Source: a virus
Taxonomy: Duplodnaviria > Caudoviricetes
Virus record (IMG/VR): IMGVR_UViG_3300031653_000003
Span: 1 to 54,082 of that record
Strand: one strand, 5' to 3'
Length of the DNA stretch: 54,082 nucleotides
Made by a program: the position numbers and the translations under genes. The notes under the pieces are model-generated. The model was given only the letters and a program-made list of their open reading frames with translations. It did no database searches and had not been told where the DNA came from. The first letter of the stretch is position 1, and each line of letters opens with the position of its first letter. Of the stretch, positions 47,596 to 54,082 are shown in pieces.

Positions 47596-47950
47596 ATTGC
47601 CGGGTTGATAGTGGTAACAATCGCGTTGGGGTAAAGGCTGCTCGGTGCCTTAAACCGGAGGGGAAGGCCTACCCCGTTGCAACTGAAGCCGAACAGTAAA
47701 ACGGCCATAAAGCGGTACTTGATGTCACTGGTTCAAATCCAGTTAGGAGCGATTGTTCCTATAGCTCAGTGGTGAGAGCGCAAGTCCTTAATGTAGAGGT
47801 CGGGACTCTCTTTAAACTCCTGGTAACTCCGAATATAATAATCTTTTACAGATTACACCCGATTGGCCGATTAAGATTACACCCGATGTCCGATTGTAAT
47901 TATTCCGACTAACCAAACCCTGGGGTTGTTACCACTATCAACCCGGCAAT
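47596..47950 (+). ncRNA. Large structured RNA with permuted tRNA-like (YrlA-like) domain
   Basis: Perfect 25-bp terminal inverted repeat; T arm, closed acceptor stem and D arm in permuted order at 47717-47785; CCGA repeats. Confidence 0.8.
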
Positions 47951-48413
47951 TAAGGAAATTCAAAAATGAACACCCAAACCGATCTAAGTGACCTTGAATT
48001 ATCTACCCGGCTGACCGTAATGCTGGACTCCAGAATTGCCATAAAGCGGCTGGCAGATCAGCAGCCGAGGGACTCGCTTGAGAGAGAGTTGTACCTGGCC
48101 GAGGCCGAGCGATTGGCCGATGAGGCGCGGGAATTGGAAGCAATATTGAAATTGTTAAAAGTGGGGTGATGAGCTAATGTTGTTCATACCAAAAATTAAG
48201 CCTAAATTACGATGTGTTATTTTGGGACACGTATACAAATTTGATTGGTGGGGCTATCCGGTTGACTGTCCGGTTTGTGAACAATGTTTATACATAGGTG
48301 GAGGCTGGCCTAGTCTGAATTTGCAGCGCCGGGGCAGTGGAATTTATTGGAGGATCAGAAGCGCAATGAATCTCTTATTTGAAAGCGATGAGATACCGTT
48401 TTAGAAATTTAAG

Positions 48414-48595
48414 TTGACAAATTCGGCAAAATGCTTAAAATAGAGAGTGTAGTATACAAACGGCTGTCGCAGAGCCTATAGCAAACACGCACAACAAAAG
48501 TTAACCACTTTTTTGGGTTGCCTTTTCGCCCCCCTTTGTGTGTTTAGGGACTGCGAACAGGCGGAAGGCAACCCAAAGGGGTGGTTATTTTTATT
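48414..48595 (+). promoter_or_regulatory. Promoter and attenuator-like structured leader of the replication initiator
   Basis: TTGACA-16-TAAAAT; alternative pairings 48464-48494 with 48536-48560 versus terminator 48502-48524 with 48565-48587 plus T-tract. Confidence 0.6.
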
Positions 48596-48614
48596 CCCCA
48601 TAGACGAGGACAAA

Positions 48615-49439
48615 ATGAGTGGAATATACCGAACAGTCAAGAACAAAGAATACTTCCATGCCAGCAACGAACCCTTCAACGATGAACGTCTATCATGGGA
48701 AGCGAGGGGAGTTATCGGGTATCTTCTCAGTAAGCCGGATGGCTGGGAATGCAGAAATTATGATTTATTAAATAAAGGGCCATCAGGGGAGCATAAACTA
48801 AAACGAATCTTGGCAGAACTCCGGCAGTATGGGTATTTGCGACGTTACCGGGTTCATGCGGATGGCGGGAGATTTGATTGGGTAACAGAGATTTATGAAT
48901 CGCCAAAACTCAATCCAACCATAGGGCGGTTTTCCACCAATGGTTCACCCACAGATGGTTCACCCACAGATGGAAAACCGCCCTGTATAGATAAGACTGA
49001 TTTAGATAAAACTGATTTAGATAAAACTGAAGAAGAAGCCCCCCCTCCCCCTAAAAAAGAAAATGGAAAATACGAACCCTGGCAACTATTAGCCCGGCAG
49101 GTTGCAGTAAATTGTAAGCATGATCTGAAGCTTCTTCGTAACGGCTCATTAAAGAAAGTATCACAACGTTGTGATATTGCCGGCCAATCCCTGGCCGAGA
49201 TAGGGGCCACGGTTGACAACCTCAAAGATCATGCCGAATGGTGGTATAAAAACGACTGGCGAGGCAAGCAAAAAGAAGATGGAATCCCCGGCAGTCCACC
49301 GACCCCGGAGCAAATATTGGAGACCTGGGGCCAATTCAAAAATGGCTGCACCAGTAATGGCAATGGCCGGGTGGCTGCACCTTTGACCCCGGCGCAGATG
49401 AAACGGGCGGAACAAATCAGGCAGGAAGATAAACAATAA
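48615..49439 (+). CDS. Phage replication initiator (N-terminal winged HTH)
   Basis: DERLSWEARGVIGYLLSKPDGW...ELRQYGYL; GAGG RBS; lies upstream of DnaB. Confidence 0.8.
   Translation: MSGIYRTVKNKEYFHASNEPFNDERLSWEARGVIGYLLSKPDGWECRNYDLLNKGPSGEHKLKRILAELRQYGYLRRYRVHADGGRFDWVTEIYESPKLNPTIGRFSTNGSPTDGSPTDGKPPCIDKTDLDKTDLDKTEEEAPPPPKKENGKYEPWQLLARQVAVNCKHDLKLLRNGSLKKVSQRCDIAGQSLAEIGATVDNLKDHAEWWYKNDWRGKQKEDGIPGSPPTPEQILETWGQFKNGCTSNGNGRVAAPLTPAQMKRAEQIRQEDKQ
48923..49030. repeat. Origin-like repeats inside the initiator gene
   Basis: 14-bp inverted repeat AGGGCGGTTTTCCA/TGGAAAACCGCCCT enclosing 2x ATGGTTCACCCACAG, then ~3x TAGATAARACTGATT. Confidence 0.7.
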
Positions 49440-49751
49440 TTTGACAATCGAATAATAATCTAGTATAGTATCTACACCATCAACAATCATCAAATATTAA
49501 CTAACCATCAAAAGGATTATTATGGCAGGAATTAAATTGTTTAGAATGAAAATTCATTGTATGTATTGCGGTTCAAACTATGTCACCGAGCCATCATACA
49601 AACCCGGCAATAGCTACGGTGGATGTTGCCCGTCATGTGCAGTGGAACAGAAGTCAATTATTCGCCGGACTATAGCCGAATTTCAACGGCTGCGTGGGAA
49701 ATAAAACAATTAAGCATAGACGAAAGTTATAAAAACAATGGAGGCATTACC

Positions 49752-51125
49752 GTGACAGAATCATTACCAGGAACGATCCCCGATAGACTACAACCCCATA
49801 GTGTTGAGGCCGAGCAAGCTGTTCTGGGCAGCCTGGGCCTTGACCCCGGCCTTATCGTAAAAATCGCTACGGTACTTAATCCGGCTGATTTTTATATCGA
49901 AAAAAATGGCTGGATTTATTCAGCTATCCACGATCTTTGGAATGAGGGCATTCCCGCCGATACCGTAACCCTCAATGATAAATTGGAACAGCGGGGCCAA
50001 TTGGCCCAGATTGAGCCGGGCTATTTTGGCGATTTGGTAAACCGAACGCCGACCTCTTTTCATATCGGCTATTATGCCAAGATCGTGCGGCGTATGTCAG
50101 AACTGCGTCAGCTTGGAGACGCTGCCGGGGAGATCGCCCGCCTGTCCTATCAAGACACCGAGGATACCGGCGAGGTTATGGGCCGGGCCGAGGAAATATT
50201 ATTCAAGGTCACTTCTCAGGATGTAACTAACGGCCCCCGACCACTGCGGGTGGGCATTGAAAAACATTATGACCGGGTAGATTATCTTCAGAATCACAAG
50301 GGGCAGCAAATTGGAATCCCTACCGGTCTTTATGATCTGGACAAGTTATTGGGCGGCTTGCAGCGGTCTGATATGATCGTTATGGCCGGGCGAACCAGGA
50401 TGGGAAAAACTTCACTGGCCTTGAATATTGCCCTTAATGCGGCCAAGAATTATCAACGCCGGGTAGCTGTTTTTAGCCTGGAGATGTCAGAGGAACAACT
50501 GGCTCAGCGTATGATCAGCGCGGAAACCGGAATCGATTCTATGCGACTCCGCAACGGCGATATTAAGGAGGATGAGTGGCCGGTATATTTGCAGGCCACT
50601 AACATGCTGGCCGCCCTCCCTATTTTCATTGATGACACCCCGGCTATTTCGGCTTATGACCTGCGGAGCCGGGCGCGCCGGTTACAAGCCGAGCATGGGC
50701 TTGATCTACTCATTGTAGACTATATGCAGTTAATGAGGGGGGATAAAAAGAGTCAGAATCGGGAGCAGGAAATAGCCGGGATCAGCCGGACGATCAAGGC
50801 CATTGCCCGTGAGTTGAACATCCCTGTTCTGGCCCTTAGCCAACTCTCAAGGCGGCTTGAATCACGGAATGACAAACGCCCGATGCTTTCAGACTTGAGA
50901 GAATCCGGTGCGATTGAGCAAGATGCTGACGTGGTGCTGTTCATTTACCGGGATGAGATTTATAACCCGGATACCGAATTCCCCAACATAGCCGAGATCA
51001 TTGTGAGCAAGCACCGCTCAGGCCCGTCGGGTGTTATGTCTGCCTATTTCAAGAAACATCTAACCCAGTTTGTTGACCTGACTATAGAGCAGGCAGACCC
51101 GCAGGCGTGGGTGATGGAGTATTAG
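49752..51125 (+). CDS. dnaB: Replicative DNA helicase
   Basis: PHSVEAEQAVLG, AGRTRMGKT, FSLEM, IVDYMQL, LSQLSR, DLRESGAIEQDAD; GTG start after GGAGG. Confidence 0.97.
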   Translation: MTESLPGTIPDRLQPHSVEAEQAVLGSLGLDPGLIVKIATVLNPADFYIEKNGWIYSAIHDLWNEGIPADTVTLNDKLEQRGQLAQIEPGYFGDLVNRTPTSFHIGYYAKIVRRMSELRQLGDAAGEIARLSYQDTEDTGEVMGRAEEILFKVTSQDVTNGPRPLRVGIEKHYDRVDYLQNHKGQQIGIPTGLYDLDKLLGGLQRSDMIVMAGRTRMGKTSLALNIALNAAKNYQRRVAVFSLEMSEEQLAQRMISAETGIDSMRLRNGDIKEDEWPVYLQATNMLAALPIFIDDTPAISAYDLRSRARRLQAEHGLDLLIVDYMQLMRGDKKSQNREQEIAGISRTIKAIARELNIPVLALSQLSRRLESRNDKRPMLSDLRESGAIEQDADVVLFIYRDEIYNPDTEFPNIAEIIVSKHRSGPSGVMSAYFKKHLTQFVDLTIEQADPQAWVMEY

Positions 51126-51126
51126 A

Positions 51127-51534
51127 ATGAGACTATGGCACCCCCTTATGATCCCCCACCTCCCCCACCGGCAGCTACAAAGCCAGCATTGCGAAATCTG
51201 CGGGATGCGCGGCAACGGCTGGGGTAAGCCCCACGCGACGGTGGACTATGTATGGCAATATCCGCCGGGCTACCTATACCGGTATCACGTGCGGGTGATG
51301 GATGAACTAATCCGGCGCGGCGTGAATGTTGACCTCAAGTGGTACGATAAACGATACCGGGGCCGCAACTGTAAGCCGTGGATATTTACCGGCCCAGAGA
51401 ATGACTACCCGGAACATAACACCGTCTACCTGGCAGAGTGTATCCTTAATCTAATGAGCGGCGAGAGGCCGGGCGGCGGGCGTAAAAACAAGGTGCTTAA
51501 CCCACTGTTGGACGGGGTGGGGGTGATGCGATAG
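51127..51534 (+). CDS. TIGR02328 / pyrimidine-dimer glycosylase-like protein
   Basis: MRLWH...LP..QL..QH.E...RGNGWGKPHATVDYV...YPEHN..YL.EC..NL. Confidence 0.8.
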   Translation: MRLWHPLMIPHLPHRQLQSQHCEICGMRGNGWGKPHATVDYVWQYPPGYLYRYHVRVMDELIRRGVNVDLKWYDKRYRGRNCKPWIFTGPENDYPEHNTVYLAECILNLMSGERPGGGRKNKVLNPLLDGVGVMR

Positions 51535-52271
51535 TGCAATATTTAGGTGGCAAGTCCAGAACGGCAAAACAAATCGGCGCGTATCTTAACGCCATCCGTA
51601 AACCAGGGCAACCATACTGGGAGCCGTTTGTCGGGGCCGGGTGGGTATTAGTACAAATTGCGGGCGGTGACAAGTTCGCCAGCGATGCAAATGCGGCCCT
51701 GATTGAGATGTGGAAGGCTCTGCAAAATGGATGGGTGCCGCCGGATAACGTGACAGAAGCAGAATACAAAAAAGCTAAGGACGGGGAAGGATCGCCAGAG
51801 TTACGGGCATTTATAGGGTTCGCGTGTTCTTATGCTGGTAAGTGGTTTGCCGGATATGCCAGAGACAATAGAGGACAAAACTATGCAAAACAGAGTTACA
51901 ATAGTTTACTTGAGAAATCAAAACACATTTACGGTGTCAATTTCTTTTACGGTAACTTTTTAGAGTGCTATATTCCGGCCCGGAATTGTCTTATTTATTG
52001 TGACCCGCCATATGATGACACAACCGTTTATGGTGCAACGGGTAATTTTAACACCACTCAATTCTGGCAGCGGGTGCGCTGGATGGAAGAGCGCGGTCAC
52101 ACTGTTATCGTGTCAGAGTATGAAGCGCCTGATGATTTTAGCATCGTATGGGAGCATCGTACTAAAACCGATATGCACACCAAGAACGGGAAAGACCCAC
52201 GTATTGAGCGGCTTTATAGACTTGGCAATCACAGCAAGATTAACCCAACGTTGTTTGATCTTATTGGATAA
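51534..52271 (+). CDS. Dam-like (D12 class) N6-adenine DNA methyltransferase
   Basis: YLGGKS, EPFVGAG, YCDPPY, VSEY. Confidence 0.9.
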   Translation: MQYLGGKSRTAKQIGAYLNAIRKPGQPYWEPFVGAGWVLVQIAGGDKFASDANAALIEMWKALQNGWVPPDNVTEAEYKKAKDGEGSPELRAFIGFACSYAGKWFAGYARDNRGQNYAKQSYNSLLEKSKHIYGVNFFYGNFLECYIPARNCLIYCDPPYDDTTVYGATGNFNTTQFWQRVRWMEERGHTVIVSEYEAPDDFSIVWEHRTKTDMHTKNGKDPRIERLYRLGNHSKINPTLFDLIG

Positions 52272-52287
52272 TTAAAACAACCACCAT

Positions 52288-52323
52288 GCAAAGCAAAATA
52301 AATTCATACTATCGAAATCAAAA
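52288..52323 (+). repeat. 36-bp direct repeat, copy 1 (copy 2 at 53129-53164)
   Basis: GCAAAGCAAAATAAATTCATACTAT(CG/TA)AAATCAAAA, 34/36 identical. Confidence 0.9.
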
Positions 52324-52355
52324 CAATTATTTAATAAAAAGGGCAAGGTGAAAAA

Positions 52356-52952
52356 ATGGATAAGTATCATGTAAAACTAACGTTTGATGAACCGATTTTA
52401 GGAACAGTCCCAAAAGACCCGGAGATTTACAGCAGTTACATAGCCGGGAAAGCAGCGCCGCCGCTCGATGAATCCAAACTTAATGAGGAATTGGAAACGG
52501 TTGAGCATGTCGAAGAAAAGGGATGGACGGGGTTTCACAAAAAAGACGACTCACCTATCCTATACGACTATGTCATTAAGGGCTTTTTCAAAGATGCTTG
52601 CAGTATGTTACGCCGGGTTACGGGGTCAAGTAGTTCAAAAATGAAGGCCCACAAAAAGATCATTGACGGGTTGGTATTTGTGGAACCTCGCCAGATACCA
52701 ATTACGGTTAATGGGGAAGTGGAAGTTTTGGAGCGCCCCCTTCGCGCTCAGACCGCACAGGGGGAGCGGATTGCCCTGGCCCGTTCTGACACCTGCCCGG
52801 CAGGGTCAACTATTGAATTTGATGTTGTTATACTTGGCGGGGTTAGTCAAGGCGTGTTGACCGACTGGCTTGATTACGGTTCCATGCGTGGCCTGGGCCA
52901 GTGGCGTAACGCCGGTTATGGTAAATTTCGGTATACAATAGAAAAACTGTAA
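52356..52952 (+). CDS. Stand-alone Cas7/RAMP-like protein
   Basis: N-terminal strand VKLTFDEPILG, IKGFFKDA helix, thumb-like ERPLRAQTAQGERIALARSD, PAGSTIEFDV, and a C-terminal Gly-rich loop GLGQWRNAGYGKF typical of RAMPs. Confidence 0.75.
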   Translation: MDKYHVKLTFDEPILGTVPKDPEIYSSYIAGKAAPPLDESKLNEELETVEHVEEKGWTGFHKKDDSPILYDYVIKGFFKDACSMLRRVTGSSSSKMKAHKKIIDGLVFVEPRQIPITVNGEVEVLERPLRAQTAQGERIALARSDTCPAGSTIEFDVVILGGVSQGVLTDWLDYGSMRGLGQWRNAGYGKFRYTIEKL

Positions 52953-53136
52953 GCAATGGCAAAGCGGGGTTAGGCAGAAGCCTTGCCTGGTGAAACATGG
53001 CGATGCAATGGCTTAGAATGGTGCAACCTAGCACCGCAATGGCAAAGCGAGGTTAGGCAGATCACAGCAAAGGCAAAGTTTAGCCAAGCGAAGACGAGCA
53101 AGGGCAGTACAAAGTATGACTTTTCAACGCAAAGCA
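52953..53136 (+). ncRNA. Pentameric RGY-NN repeat array with 31-nt units (candidate guide-RNA array)
   Basis: GCAA(T/A/G)GGC at 52953, 53005, 53036, 53067, 53098 and GCAAAGC at 53129; interiors are 5-nt periodic. Confidence 0.7.
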
Positions 53137-53178
53137 AAATAAATTCATACTATTAAAATCAAAATGGAGGCTATAATT

Positions 53179-53385
53179 ATGATACGTTTTCCGATCCCTA
53201 TGGAGTTCCCGCTTAGTACGCCTCTCTCAGCTTTGCCGGAGCGAGGGCGACGGGTCGATATGGAAAATGAGGTTATCAGGGTTCGGTTTATGACCAGGGC
53301 CAGCCTGCAAGAAACCGTTGAGGCGTTGCAATTGATCAACCTGGCGGTCAGTCTGGGAGGGGTGGTGAATGATGAAATTATCTGA
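53179..53385 (+). CDS. Hypothetical protein
   Basis: GGAGG RBS downstream of the repeat copy. Confidence 0.45.
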   Translation: MIRFPIPMEFPLSTPLSALPERGRRVDMENEVIRVRFMTRASLQETVEALQLINLAVSLGGVVNDEII

Positions 53386-53547
53386 GAGGAAAGCGGCCTA
53401 TTATCTGGCCCTTGAGTTGGTTGAGAAGATAGACCGGTTTGTATGCGGGTCGCACCTTCGCACTATTGAAGGGAAGTCGGTCTTTACGCTGGATCAGGCC
53501 GTGTGCGCGATTCTGGAAGATAAACTCGCGCCGGTTGGGGGGATGAG

Positions 53548-54082
53548 ATGAAATTAACTAATTGGTTTAGTTCGTCCGGTCATTACAGAATAATTCACGC
53601 CGACCCTCCCTGGCGATTCAAGAATTGGAGCATGAAAGAGTTAGTTGAACGCGGGGAAAAATGGGCCAGGAAAAACGGGCGCAGCCCCTACCCGGTAATG
53701 ACTACCGACGATATTTGCAAAATGCCTGTTGAGAAAATAGCGGATAAAAACTCCCTTTTGTATCTCTGGGGAACATGGCCAAAATTGCTCGACGCCTTGC
53801 AGGTGATGGACGCCTGGGGCTTCACTTTTACTACTCAAGCGTTCACCTGGGTTAAACAAAATCCATCCGGCATTGGCTGGCATTTTGGATGCGGCTATTA
53901 TACGCATGGCAATACTGAATTTGTCTTGATTGGCAAGCGGGGCAAGGGGGTAAAGCGGGTAGACAAAGGTGTTTCCAGCTTGATAGTTTATCCCAGATGT
54001 CAGCACTCAGCCAAGCCACCAACGGCCAGAGATCGAATTGAACGGTTACATGGGGATGTTTCCAGGGTTGAGTTATTCGCCC
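53548..54082 (+). CDS. MT-A70-family (Spo8/IME4-like) adenine methyltransferase, 5' part; continues across the junction to position 330
   Basis: ATG at 53548 gives MKLTNWFSSSGHYRIIHADPPWRF...LYLWGTWP...WGF...FTWVK...GCGYYTHGNTEFVLIGKRG. The DPPW motif is present and the frame continues into HSAKP...RVELFAR. Confidence 0.9.
   Translation, partial: MKLTNWFSSSGHYRIIHADPPWRFKNWSMKELVERGEKWARKNGRSPYPVMTTDDICKMPVEKIADKNSLLYLWGTWPKLLDALQVMDAWGFTFTTQAFTWVKQNPSGIGWHFGCGYYTHGNTEFVLIGKRGKGVKRVDKGVSSLIVYPRCQHSAKPPTARDRIERLHGDVSRVELFA

Noticed and set aside
47596-47950. Retron msr-msd, two-piece tmRNA or functional tRNA
   Set aside because: No reverse transcriptase in the genome. A full D stem is present with no CCA or tag frame (unlike tmRNA). 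There is no anticodon loop and the acceptor stem is closed by a loop.
52843-53034. Minus-strand 63-aa ORF over the array
   Set aside because: It overlaps the Cas7-like gene antisense, has no clear RBS, and looks like a by-product of the repeat.
52953-53136. Canonical CRISPR array next to the Cas7-like gene
   Set aside because: The constant part is only ~8 nt and the intervening sequence is itself 5-nt periodic rather than unique spacer; no cas1, cas2, cas5 or cas6 seen.
53641-54006. Minus-strand 121-aa ORF and similar antisense ORFs within the structural genes
   Set aside because: They are shadows of well-supported plus-strand genes (here the MT-A70 methyltransferase).

Overview
This is an apparently complete, circularly assembled genome (~53,955 bp; 127-nt end overlap) of a long-tailed (sipho-type) dsDNA phage. 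The host may be a Chloroflexota bacterium, a weak inference from protein style. Morphogenesis genes run from ~9.5 to 37 kb: terminase, portal with a MuF-like extension, protease, capsid, tail tube, frameshifting chaperone, tape measure and tail proteins. Replication and modification genes (RusA, initiator with internal origin-like repeats, DnaB, two adenine methyltransferases) lie at 46-54 kb. I see no integrase, but there is a ParM/ParR pair and a dif-like site, which suggests a plasmid-like prophage. The most unusual elements are: (1) a stand-alone Cas7/RAMP-like gene followed by a non-coding array of RGY-NN pentamers with a 31-nt super-period, the whole module bracketed by a 36-bp direct repeat; (2) a DIP1984-family gene followed by a ~355-nt RNA closed by a perfect 25-bp stem, containing a circularly permuted (YrlA-like) tRNA mimic and CCGA repeats; (3) two integron-type cassette arrays with attC and attI-like sites but no IntI; (4) an aberrant tRNA-like gene and several promoter-proximal attenuator-like leaders. 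All family assignments come from motif recognition by eye; no database search was run.
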